Assembly (NCBI RefSeq): GCF_009914755.1
Contig: NC_060925.1
Strand: one strand, 5' to 3'
DNA length: 64,000 bases
Source of the DNA: the human T2T-CHM13v2.0 reference genome, Homo sapiens
Below the pieces are notes generated by a model that made no database searches, was not told where the DNA came from, and saw only the letters and a list, made by a program, of their open reading frames with translations. Of this stretch, positions 13,981 through 26,966 are shown piece after piece (position 1 is the stretch's first letter; the number at the start of each line of letters is the position of its first letter). Position numbers and translations under genes: made by a program.

Positions 13981-16802
13981 AAACTTTTCATATCTCCTTC
14001 AGCATCAAGCTGGCACACAGCAGAACGCAAATCATCTGGGCTCCCTGATGAAGTGTTGCTATTGACCCTTGGCAGTCAATGTACCATCCATGCATAATTT
14101 ACACACTAATAATCAAGAGTTGACAGAGGAACTATTATATTTGGTTACTTCAGTTTCAAGTGGAGATATCTGAACTTGAGAACTGTCAATCTAGCCATGA
14201 TTTTCACAGAACTATCCTTGTGGTATTTGATCATTTAATCCACCTAATTGCATGAAAATAGAATAATTTAATGCATATTCCTAATTGGGATTCACACCTA
14301 AACAAACCCACATGTTCCTAAATGAGTGTGCGGTGAGTCTGTGCTTTTCTGTCATTACTCCAACCATTGCATTAAATTGTTAAGAAACCTATTTTCTGAA
14401 AGGAAACTATAGGAAAATATCTAGCCATTTTCTTAATTAAAGAGCAATTCTTTAAATCTTATTGTGATTTCAAAACTTTAACATAAAGTCTTCTGCTCTG
14501 AGGAAAATTATATATGTCAGGCTGCCAAAGAATTCCCTCCCCAAGAATTTGCACCATGTGATCATGTGGGCTGTGAGCATTCTGAACGCTCTCCGCTCAA
14601 ATCTCCCAGACAGAGCACTGCCTCTTCCTCCCACACAGTTTGGGGTTTGGGTTTGTTTTTTTTTTTGTTGTTTTTTTTTCCCAAAAAAAAAAGACATGAG
14701 AATTTAACTCATTTTTACTTTTAATGTCAGACTCATTCTGAGGCTATATACAGAATCCAGCATCAGCACAGAAAAAGTCATTTGAGTTTCCTCTTCCTCA
14801 TATTGAAATAAAAATAAATATCTAAAATTATCCATAACACGTAGTTTTAAATTACGTAGATGTAAAACCCTTGCTCTGAAAGCAGCACTGAATTCCCCTC
14901 AGAATGTCTTTAGAGGTGGGTTTTTATATGTCTGCCATCTGAGTTTTTTATACCCGCATCCTTAGAAGGCGTTTTATAGATTACCCTGTCTGTCCAGCAA
15001 GAAGTCCACATTAGCTTGTGGTAACTGCACTACCATAAGGAGAGCAATCAGCATTACCTCATTGCTATCTTCTGCCTCTTCAGAATTCACAGACTCTTCA
15101 TCCCTCTTCTGGCAACTTCAAAGACAAAAAGTAGGCAAACTATCCACCTCTATTTCTATAATTCTACCACATGTCTTTGCTTGCCAGGATACAAGAGGGT
15201 ATTTTAGAAGACAAACATTGTGTCAATCCAGTACTCTATTGTCATTTTGTAATGTTTTCATATTGCCATTGCATTCTTCCACCTGGCCACACCACACATA
15301 GTTAACTAAGCTTCTTTTGTACTAACTTCATAGACACAAACCCAGTTACTATAAAGAATAGAGTAAGATCAATCATGTGCACCTGACTCTTCCCGTCACT
15401 GCCTTCACTCTGCCAATTCCTCACTATTCTTCGTCTCCTTAAGTATAACTTACTCAGGGAGACTTTCCCTCTACCCTCCTTCCTCTCCCAACACACACCT
15501 GTCTAGATCAGGTCCTTCTATACCACGTTCTGAGAAACATCCTAATTCTTCTTTTTCTTTGTGGCATTTGAAATGACTGTAATTTTAGGGTGATCTGTAT
15601 AATTGTTTTTTAGTGTTTCTCTCTCCTAGACTGTTTACATGTCCACGATTACTGCTCAATAAGTGTTTGTTGCATGAATGAATCCTTGTGGGTAACATCT
15701 TTTATTAAAGAAACAAGTCTGATGAGATTATAGTCATGTTCAGATTTCTGTTATCAAACTGAGGAAGAAATAGAAATAGACCATTATCACTTTGGCATTT
15801 AGAAAAGCATTTAATCTAACCGTAATTCATTTCATGAGTCTGGCCCTTTAAAATTTAAAATATAGCAAATAAACAAACAATGATATTACCTTATCCTTGG
15901 GAACACTATTTTTCCCCTGTTATAGTTTTCTATAACTGACACAGAACATTAAAATGTGGTATCTGCTTTTTCAGCAAATCATTTAATATACAAAGTACCA
16001 TTGCAAAATAGCCTATTGAGGAGGATAAAAATTTACTACCAACTTCATTTGGCCTCCCTGACCAATCGCCTCTAATGGCTACTCTGTGTTATCTTCCCCA
16101 TGTTCTCTGCTGTTTATGTCTTTCCTGCTGCCTCTTTCGCTGCTCGGCTTCCTCTCTGTGCTTCACGCATTTTACCACTGGCATGCAATCCACTGAAGGA
16201 TGTTCCCGCAGAGATTTTCCACTCCGTGGAGGAGTCAGAGATTCACCATTAACCCCAAACTGGCCTACTGGCATTTACAGAACTGTCCAATAACGTCCCT
16301 CCTCCCTTCTCATCAGCTGGTGTATGCTTGGAAAATACAAGCAATTATGATATTGTCCTGAGGTAAACATAATTAGGAATCAAATCATTAGAGAAAAAAA
16401 TCCACCATAATGCTTTTTAAGCCAAATATAAATGATTTATTAAAAGCAATCTATATTCGTTTGTCAGACTGATTTCCAGAACTGAAAATCTCATTTAATA
16501 TTTCTATCCTTACCTAAAATGGTACTTAAAAGGTTATTTGAAATGTTATTTGTGATTACTAACTCTTATGGTCTTGCAGAAATCAAAATACCACAGACAA
16601 ATATAGGCAAGGGTAACAAGGCAGCTGTAAATGTTTTTCCTCTAAACAGATTCTCAAAAGTTCTTTTTACTGAAAAAAAAATCAACCACGCAAATGAGCT
16701 CTGCTAGGAAATATTAATAAATCTGCATGCAAAATTTGATCCAGTAAATATTAGGTGCCTGGTATGTATGGCACTGGCAAAATGCAGAGATAAATAAATC
16801 CT

Positions 16803-16966
16803 CAAACTCTCTGTCCCTCAGTATCTTCATTTGCAAAATGGTAATAACAATAGTACTTACCTCAAGTACGTGTTGTAAGGATTAAAGGAGTTAACACATA
16901 TGAACACTTAGGGGTGGGCCTGGCACCTAGTAAGTGTTCAAGAATGTTAGCTGTAATTTTTATTAT
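16803..16966 (+). mobile_element. MIR
   Basis: ctctgtccctcagtatcttcatttgcaaaatgg...cctggcacctagtaagtgttcaag. Confidence 0.8.
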
Positions 16967-17414
16967 TTACAATGATGAAGAAGTTTTAGCCGGGCATGGG
17001 AGATTTAAATGTAAACATAAAAATATGGACCCCACTGTGGTTGTTCCAGATGTTTTTAGTATTTTTTAAACCTCACTTGCCTTGAAAATGCATCTATATG
17101 AGTAGCACCTCCACCATAAGTCTGATCAACATTGGACATCTCAGAGACTTGAAATCAAACCAATAAAATAAGGGCTAATAGTACCTTTTCATTCCCTCCA
17201 CTCATTTCCAGAGAAAACCGGGAAGATAGTTCTTTCTGTGGGAGACCCAAGTTTCCAGCTCAGGCTAATGCCTGGATATCTTCTTGAATATTCTAAAGTG
17301 AACCTAAAAGACATCAGATAAACCCTGAAATATAATTTATTTGTTTCATTTGGTTGTGTGTGTGTCTTCTGAAATCTATAAAATGGGGATAATTACACAA
17401 AATGACAATATATA

Positions 17415-17620
17415 ATAATATATAATGCTGTGAGCCAGACCTTGCTACAAGAAATTTCCATATATTAACTCATTTAATTCTCACTATAACCAATTATTGT
17501 TCTCAATTTACAAATGAAGAAGCTAAGGCACAGAGTAGCTGCTCATATAGATGCATCTTGCCCAACGTCACACAATTAATTAGCCAGGATTTGAAACTAG
17601 TAATGCTCTTAACTACAATA
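17415..17620 (-). mobile_element. MIR
   Basis: ctcatttaattctcac...tttacaaatgaagaagctaaggcacagag. Confidence 0.7.
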
Positions 17621-17772
17621 TTATACTGGTCCCTACTCAGCACTTACATTATAAATTATGCCTATACCAAAATTTCTGATATGTCAAGACCAAAAGCTCC
17701 AGGAGCTCCTTAGAGGAGCACAAAGAACATTGGCTTTGTCCTGTTTAACAAAGTCTGTGTGGTTCCTATAAC

Positions 17773-17900
17773 TAGGGTCACCATACATCTAATTCTGCCT
17801 GGGACAGTCCAGGTTTGTACCTGTTTCCCCAGTGAAAATTATAAATAGCACCCCCTTTCACCTTCAACAGTAATGTAAATTATATGTCTGATCTTTAACT
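17773..17900. mobile_element. MER94/MER81-like hAT-Blackjack fragment
   Basis: tagggtcaccata...gcctgggacagtcc terminus. Confidence 0.55.
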
Positions 17901-19864
17901 TAATAGTTCCAAATGTGAGAAATGAGTTTGTATGTGTGTATATACACATATACACACATATGTTGCCGCCTGAGATTTTGAATCATTTACCCTTAAAATG
18001 CTTTGCTACTTTTTCTTGCACAGATTTCTATCTCAAAAATAAAATCAGAATATTCACTCAGCAAAAGAGTGGAGGGGGTATAAAGGAGTAACAGGCCCTT
18101 ACACCTATGACACAAAGTATTGGTAATAATTCTGACTAGAACTCAGCTTATTCTCCCGTTGTCCTGCTTAGTTCATGAACTATTGTTGAAGTTGTTTTGT
18201 AAAATGCATTTGAATGTATCTTTGACAAACATACTGTTAGTCACTTTTCATTGTTTTGTAATCTCCAAATTGATATGTTCACTTGCTTGATCGTTGAAAG
18301 AGGAGCATCCTATTTTCATTCATGGGGTTTCCTTGAGGTTTCATTGAGGTTTCAAACTTTCATGCATTTGTTAGGGTATGTATAAAGTAACAGATTGTTT
18401 TCCCTGCTACACTTTCACCATTTCTTGTCCTGATTCAGTTGTCTTTGATGCTGCTTTGTTTTATGAATTTAGTTTGCCTTCTCTCAATCCAAGAAAAAAA
18501 AAAGAAGTAGAATAAAGAAAAGAAACAATTACATCACCTTTATATGCTTTCTGGGTATCTTCCTTCCACTTATCATTTCTTCAAAAATGGAGTGACTCTC
18601 TTGACATGGACTATAAGTAGATATCTGACTGGAATGCCCCTTGTGCCTTCTCCCTCTGGTGAAATATTACCTATCATTCCAAGCCCACATTAAATATCTT
18701 CTCTTCTGTGAACCCGCTAGACAGAATTAACTGATACACCATCTGTGATGCTGCAGTTTTGTTTATCCTATATTATGATTTTACCTTCATCTGTCACTTC
18801 CCTCGGTTGTGAGCTCAATCACAGAGCAAGAATTTTTTTTATATCCCTCCCTTGGGTCTAGCACAAGGTCTGGTATATATGGTACTTAATAAATATTTGA
18901 TGAATTAATAGCATTTTATAGTATACAAAGTTATTTCAAACCTATTAGCTCATCCTAGCTCTATAGCAATTTTATGAAGTATAAGATTATGTTGTTTAGA
19001 CTTATAAAATATAACATTATGAACATCTCCATTTCATAGATGGGAAAACTGAGAAATCCCAGAAGGTAAAGGGTATGGGAAGAGGGGTATAAGCCACTGT
19101 ATAGGTTCCTAACTCATTAGATTTATTCAAATAATACATCATTTAGTCTTCAAGGGCAATAACGATCATTTTGATTTGAGAAGAACTATTTGATTTGACA
19201 ATCTTTTCTAGTGTCCAGAGAAGCTTCTGGAAATTGTGTTTCTGGTTTTTCTTTATAGTATCAGTTATCAGAACTACTATGAGCTTTGCTGTGAAAACTT
19301 CATCTGACACAAAATGTGCATGACACAGCCTGAACTTTCAAAATTGCACAAGTCAAAGAAGATAGGCCTTGAAATTACATTTCCTGAGTAGGTTTTCCAT
19401 TACTTTTAGAATGGCCTCCAGGGTAAACCTGCCTCCACAGAGTAGACCTTAGCCAATCTTTATCATGGTGGCCCACCAGGAAATTTCCATGTGGCAACAG
19501 GCCACAGCTAAAGTAACATGGGTAGGACTGCTCTCAAACTGCTGAAACATTGCCTGAGTGTCCTTTTGTGTAGTCCAGACCCTTTCATCCTAAATTATCT
19601 GCTTTTTTTTTTTTCTAAGGAGTTCAGACTGCCGGAAAAGTTCATTAACATAAAATATCATTTACATTTAACCCCTGAACAAGAAAAGTGATTTGAATTT
19701 ATATGTATATATGTGCACTACTAAAATCATTTTTAGCTCATGAACATAAAATTAATTAAATATATGGGCAAAAGAAACAAGATCAGCAAATTGAATCTAA
19801 ATTGCAATGTGCCATAGTAAAAAAAGCTCAAAACTCAGACAAGCCAGGAGTACCTGTTCTTTTA

Positions 19865-21390
19865 ACCAGCATTGATTAAGTACCTATTATAGAATAGGCA
19901 CTGTGTTACATGTCAGAGATTCAGTACTAGGTGAAACAGATAATGTCCCTGATCTCACAAAGCTTTTAGTCTCATGGGAAAGTCAGATTCTGAACATGTA
20001 ATTACAGTGAAGTACAAATGCTAAGGTTCACTTATACTTCAGTTAAGGGAGGCCTGAGGAAAGGATGTTTTAGCTGATACTGAGGGATAAATAGGTGAGT
20101 TAGGAAAAAGGAAAGAAGAAAGATAGGAAAATGAAGAGTTTTTCAGATAGAAAGAGAAAAGGAGACCAATGAGAATTGACTGCAGTATGCTCCCTTCTGC
20201 CTTGGTGAGAATTAAACTAGCTATTTGAGTAACCAAGAGAAATTAAGAACATAACAGGGAGAGAGCCAAAGCCCAGAGAGGTAGACAGAATACAAATCCT
20301 GGGGTTTTATATTAATCACATTAAAGGATTAGGACTTTATTCTCAGAGCAGTGATATGCCAGTGAAGTTTTAAATAGGGTGGTTACATGATAGACCATCC
20401 ATTGACTGCTGTGTGAAAAAATGGATTGGACAGGGCAAGACTGGTGGTAAGGAAACCAACAATGCTAGGTTATTACAAAGGCCTAGCATAATAGACTACA
20501 AAAATGGCCATAAAACATTCCTATTTCTCTACTGACACCCTTTGGCAGTGCCTTGCCACAGTGACTCAGTGCCCCTGGCTGGCATTGAGAAATATAGCAC
20601 AAAGGTTTGAAATGTACTCGTACACTGTTCACTCTTACCACACTTGAAATCCTGAGACGACCATGTGAATTAGCCCAAGCTAACCTGCTGAAGGATGAGA
20701 AACCACATGGAAAAGAACTTAGGCATCCTAGCCAAAAGCCATCCAGCCCTCAGCTGACAGCCTACCCACCCTAGATAGACACGAGGGAGGTCATGGTAGA
20801 TTATTAAGCCACCAGCCAACTCACTGGCAAATCACAGACATAAGAGAAAGTCCTGCAGAGATTAGCCAAGCTGGTCCAGACCCAAAGAACTGCCTGGCTG
20901 ATGCACAGAATTGTGAGTTAAGTAAAATGATTTCCATTTTAAGCCATTAGTTTATGGGGAGATTTGTGTTGTGCAGCAAACGCTAACTGATGTGCCTGGT
21001 AAGAGATGACGCTGGCCTGAACTAGCAGGTTAGCAATGAGGTTTGACAGAAGGACACAGAACTAGGTGCTTCAATCCACAAAAAAAACCATTATTTTTGA
21101 ATTGAACCAATAGATTCATGGTAGGATCTACTTGCTGAGTTCAGGGATAGAGGAGGAGAGAAATACGTGGGAGGAAGACAATAAGTACAACTGAGAACAT
21201 GTAGAACTTGAAGTATCTGAGAAATAGCTAAGCAAAGATGTCAAACAGGTCATCAGATCAATGGCTGGAAGACACACAAGAAAGACCCAGGCCGTGGACA
21301 CAGATGTGAGATTTGTTGGTATAGACATTGTGTAATTGAAGCCATAGATAAACTTCCCAAAGCAAAGTGGGGAGACTGAAAAGCCCAAAA
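19865..21390 (-). mobile_element. L2 element interrupted by an MLT1 (F/G/H-like) LTR at ~20485-20995
   Basis: L2 tail ttgattaagtacctattatagaataggcactgtg; LTR ending ttttaagccattagtttatgggg...gcagcaaacgctaactga. Confidence 0.6.
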
Positions 21391-21721
21391 GTTCCTGATT
21401 ATTACTATATATGTAATTGTGGACAAGTTACTCAACATTTCTGAGCCTGTTTTACACCTATAAAATGGTGTAAAGTTAATTGACTTACTGAGGCTGTAAT
21501 AAAGATTAAAATACATATATTTTGTTTCAGTCTTTTGATGAATAGTAGAGACTAAAAATGCTAATTATCTTCCCCATCACTTACAGTCAAGTTGCACAAA
21601 AATATTTTAGAGTTGTCTTTATTTCCTGCTTTCTATTCTTGATACTTGTGGATTAGTGATGTATTTTATGATGAGCAATAAGAATGCTAGATTCTTCATT
21701 CTCCTTTTGAAATATTAAACA

Positions 21722-21870
21722 ATTTTTCTTAAATTGCGTGCATCAGAATTGCCCGTGGTAATTATTTAAAATGCAAATCCCTTTGCTCCACTTTAGACCT
21801 TCTGAACCAGAAATTCTGGAATCTGCATTTTTAATAAGCTCCCAAGGTGCTTGTTACACACACATTCTAA
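21722..21870. mobile_element. MER5A-like hAT-Charlie DNA transposon
   Basis: catcagaattgcc...aaaatgcaaatcc...gaatctgcatttttaataagctccc. Confidence 0.7.
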
Positions 21871-23900
21871 AAGTACATAACCCAACCCCTTCCCTGCAGC
21901 TCCCTAATAATAATATAAAAACAAGCAGAAGTTATTGAAATTTACTTGATATGCTGTGAAACTCCCCCACAAATGGTCGCATACGAACCACCTTTCCCCA
22001 GCTCTTCTGCTGTATTAACTCCATCCCCACCCTATCCAGGTAAAACTCAGCTAATCTTCCTCCTGCCTGTGAATTTGGCTGGCCTTCCTGGAAATGGAAA
22101 TCCCTGGCCTCCTCCTGAACTGCCCTGATAATTATTCCATTATATTTCCAGAATGGAGTTTGACCCATTCCAAGATCCCAAAGCATTCCTGTCACAGCAC
22201 ACTTGATCTCTTCCTGTTGAAATTCTGCCTCATCATTTAGGCAGCTCTGCATGTTTTAATACACAGTCACATATATTACATGCCATCAGACTCATGAAAT
22301 CAGTTGCTGATTAAAAATAAATATTGTCTCCCAGCTGCTAGGAAGGTTCAAACACTTGAAACTGATTGCAGAAAGAAAACAGGTCCAATATGTTCTGTTC
22401 TACAAAATATCAATAGAGACGACTATGCAGGCACATCTGATACTTTTCTTTTGCACAAATTACAGGGTAGAATAGATACAAGAATGACATGAATAGAGAT
22501 ACGTATTTCAGGAGAATAAAGGAAATGGTACATCTATGAGCTGAACCTCCACAGGTTGCTACCTGCCATGGACTTCTAAAGCTAAATTCATATAAAGAGG
22601 GAGGGCTCCCCTCACCCCACCCCACAATTCTCCAAAGATGAAGCTACCTAATCACAGGAGTACTTTCATAGGCATATGTTTTTAGGAATTATCTTGCGCA
22701 TAGCACTTGGGATCAAGAATGCAGGGTCCATAAATACACTGTATCTGTCTTTCTGGGAGCAATTTGCCTATTCTCAGCAGCTGGAGCAGAAGGAAGGCTA
22801 TACACACACATTCTAAGATAGCATTAAAGGCCTATGTTTAAAATACCTTTAAATCTGTTCAGTAACACCATGTGCCAGCTCACAGTCCCTCCCTCCCAGC
22901 AATCTCTCTACATCTGAGCCCCCTTTTCTATGGAGCTGCACAGGGGCCAGATCACCACTGTCGGAAAGAAAGAAAAGATAATCCTTCTCTGAATTAATGA
23001 AAAAAGCTTTATCTCTATGCTCCTTTGACGAGGTTGGGTTTTAGCATTTCTGCTGGTGCATTGTAAAATATTTATTTTCAAATAATTTATTACCAGCAGA
23101 TTGTTGATGTATTCCTGTTTGAATAGTGCAGCCCCCATACACCCATGCTAAAGAACATCCTGTGTCCTTAACATACTTCAGCCAGAGTAATCATCACAGG
23201 TGTGAAGTGGTGCTCACCCGCAGACCATTGTATACCTCTCCAATTTCCACCCTAGTCTACAATGTGTACAAAAATCTGTGGTCTTTAAAAAAAGGGGGAG
23301 AAGGTTCTTTCTAAAAGAAACCAATATACTTGCATATTTTTCTCAATTAGAAGACACTGCTCAAAGCAAGAGAATGTGCCTTCATGTACCAGTGGCTTGC
23401 TTTGACTCCACAAATGCTAATGTGATTGTCACTGCTGGCAAGTGTCATTGAGCACAAGTGCTGGTATCAATTGATACACGGCACCTCAAGGAATCTATTG
23501 AAGGCCACAGTCTCAATCTCAGGAGAACTTTTAGAGGCCAGGTAAGAAAAAGGGAATTGCTTGTCACTGCTTTCGATAATTCCTTTCTCCCTTATGCCTA
23601 ACTAAATCTAATTGAATTCAAGTTTTCAGAAGTCTCTGATGGCTAAGGATCTCCAAAGCTAAGGATTAAAGAAAAAAAATCATCCTCCAATCACAGTTAA
23701 TTAAATTAAATTAAACTCATTAATTCAATTAATCCCTTTTCTGTTCAAGACACTACTTGATGGATGATTGAAATACAGTACGTTTTGAAAGTTTTAAATA
23801 CCATAGGAAATGTGATGCTCTGAAAATGTAAGTAAACTTACATGAGATCAAGTAGCCAACAAAACAAAATGATTCTGGGCCTACTACCCTTATTACTATA

Positions 23901-24006
23901 ATATATTTAATATATAAATATATCAAATATATTTATATTTAATATATAAATATATCAAATATATTTATATTTAATATATAAATATATCAAATATATTTAT
24001 ATTTAA
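23901..24006. repeat. AT-rich 32-bp tandem repeat, about 3.2 perfect copies
   Basis: Unit TTTAATATATAAATATATCAAATATATTTATA starts at 23906, 23938 and 23970. Confidence 0.92.
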
Positions 24007-24499
24007 CATAACTATATCATGTTGTAGACAAATTCTAGGTCAAAAATCTATAGATTTAATAAAATACTTAATGCTAATGTCAGAATTGAAGTTCTCTTTA
24101 TTCTTATAAAGGAGTGGGTACACTTATAAATTACCTAAGTGGAAAAAAAATTACTAAATTTTTGAACACCTTCAATCTCTATTTTTAACTAGAAGCTGAA
24201 ACTGTACTATTTCTTCCTAATCTAAATTTTAATGATTTTAGTACAACCTTGTTTTTGTCATTTCTTTATTTTATAGCTGTTACAACAATACAAATTTGAG
24301 CTTTATTAAGGAGGTATCCAAGTACCTACTGTGTAAAGCACTGAAAATAATTATTAGAACATAATTATTTTTTCCTTTCCCCTTCTTAGTCTCTGGGCAT
24401 GGCTACTTAACAACTACAACCACCACCATGAAAAATGTGTCCTCTGACATATCTGAAGGTATCATCCTGAAAAGAAAAAGAAAGTGTTCTTTTACCTGA

Positions 24500-24814
<315 letters not shown>

Positions 24815-25784
24815 CCACATTTCTAAATCAACATGCAGGACCAGCGCACAGGAAGGATTGCAAATGCTAAAGGTACAGTTGTAGCGAAGGGCCCTTCCTA
24901 ACTCCCCAGAGAATGGCAGGAATTCATTTACCTAAGAGGTAATACAACAAGAAACAAGATTAGGATCTGCCCATTTTATCACAGGATCATTCAAGCAGCT
25001 TCTGAAGTTAGTTCTCCTGGTCTCTACATAAAATCTATTTCCCACAACCACAGTTCCTTTTAAATGTGTACAAAATGCCCTGACAATAAATAAAAACCCA
25101 ACTGCTCTGAGCTGACACTTCCACCCATGGGACGTGGTCAGACATAGGTAATAAAACTCTGGCTGACAGTCTGTCAAAGGATCATTTATTTTCATTCTCT
25201 GCACAAAAAGAGAAAGAGCTTATGAACCTATGAAAGATACCAATGTGTATATTAAAATAAAATTTTCTCCATTGGAAGTTTGACTTTTGATGCAATATAA
25301 AGGTCACAAATCAAAAGAAAGCAGGTGCAAGGAATCTGAAAACATCAACAATCCAAGGGCTAGAAATGTGAAATAGTTCAATAAAATGCAAATATCTATA
25401 TTTTATTCACCAAGCGAAAAGTATTTTTGAGTCACTACAGAAAATGGAAGAGTGACAAGCCTAACAGATTAATAGACAATTCTAGCTAACATATTAAGCC
25501 CAAGACTTTAAGAAGTAACTCAAATTACCTTCAGTTATAAGTGATATAAAATGAAAAGTCACAATTTAGTTCTAGGAAGCAGATGGGAAAAAAATTCAGC
25601 CAATTTCTCAGTATAGGAGAGATAGCTACTTGGTGATGCTTTAAGTGAAGAGAAGAGTGAGGAAATCTGTCCAGACTTCAGAGTTAGAAACTGGAAAAAA
25701 TTTCTTTCACCTGTTAAAATTTGATATGGTGACCAAAAAATTACCAGTATTATATCACAGGAATGAAGGATGCTTCTTCACTCC

Positions 25785-26030
25785 CTACACACACTTACAA
25801 AATTAGACCTTTTTTTTTTCTTTTGGCCACTGCTAAGGAGACAGTTAAGCATTTTGTTGTTATTGAGGGCCAAAAATGTTGCTACAGTACGGGTGGAGGT
25901 AGAATTACTTTGAAAAAGAATCCCCACTAATATCTCTATGTTGAAATATCTAGACAATTGATCTTATTGAAATGCCTATGGTGGCCAAGTCAGTAATAAT
26001 AAAATAACTATTTAAAAAGCAATAATAATA
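25785..26030 (+). repeat. Copy 1 of a diverged ~250-bp local direct duplication
   Basis: Colinear with 26711-26966 (aaaattagaccttt...gagggccaaaaatgttgcta...ccccactaatatctctatgttgaaatatctag...gccaagtcagtaataataaaataac). Confidence 0.92.
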
Positions 26031-26275
26031 ACAATAACACCTACAAAGCACTTACTATGTGTCAGGTAGAGTGATAAGTGGCACACACACACAAATCTGA
26101 CTACTCTTTACAACATTGTTATGAGATAGGTGTCTTATAGTATTTGCAATTTATACATGGGAAAACTGAGATACAGAAAGTTTACATAACTTGACCAAGC
26201 CACACAGCTAGTATGGGGTGGAGCTCAGAGTCAACCTTGGATAGTCTGGCTCTAGGGGTTCTGCTCTTAACCATA
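26030..26275 (-). mobile_element. MIR
   Basis: gcacttactatgtgtcagg...gggaaaactgagatacagaaag...gctcttaacca. Confidence 0.8.
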
Positions 26276-26710
26276 AATATAAGAAAAGCAACAGTGAAAG
26301 GATGATAGCACAGATGCTGTTTCAATATTGGGAATCGAAAAGGAGGGGTGGAGACTGTAGTAAGTTGGATAACAAAGCTGTCTGACAACAAATTTAATCT
26401 TTGGACTATAGGTTTGCAGCCTTATGCCTGAAACAGATAGTGACTATGTTGCCCAAAGTGGAACATGATGGATGACAGTGTGGCCTTGAGTACTGAGTAG
26501 GGTCATAGTTCAAAGAGCCCAGATTGATCCCCAGAGACTGGAGAGGTGGGTAAAGGTAGGTTTTTGTGAAGTACCAGACACCAGCCTCCTTGTTCACAGC
26601 ACCATTTAATGCACAGGACATTGACAGCTATGTGAGTTCTTGTGGAAATGGAGGCCAATAGTATCTTGGCAAAAGTTCCTAGAATAAAACTTGGTACCAG
26701 AGGAGAGGTG

Positions 26711-26751
<41 letters not shown>

Positions 26752-26966
26752 TAGACCTTTTTTTTCCCACTCCTAAGGAGACATTTGAACATTCTGTTGT
26801 TGTTGAGGGCCAAAAATGTTGCTAGGATATGAGTGGAAGTAGAAATACTTTGAAGAAAGTCCCCACTAATATCTCTATGTTGAAATATCTAGTCAATTGA
26901 TCTCATTGAGATGCCTATGACAGCCAAGTCAGTAATAATAAAATAACAATAATAAAAAGCAATAAA
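26711..26966 (+). repeat. Copy 2 of the local duplication, starting with an (AC)~17 microsatellite
   Basis: Matches copy 1; (AC)n at ~26713-26747. Confidence 0.92.

Noticed and set aside
16089-16274. Charged minus-strand ORF (…KHREEAEQRKRQQERHKQQR…)
   Set aside because: Only 61 aa, purine-rich compositional effect, no recognisable homology or coding exon structure.
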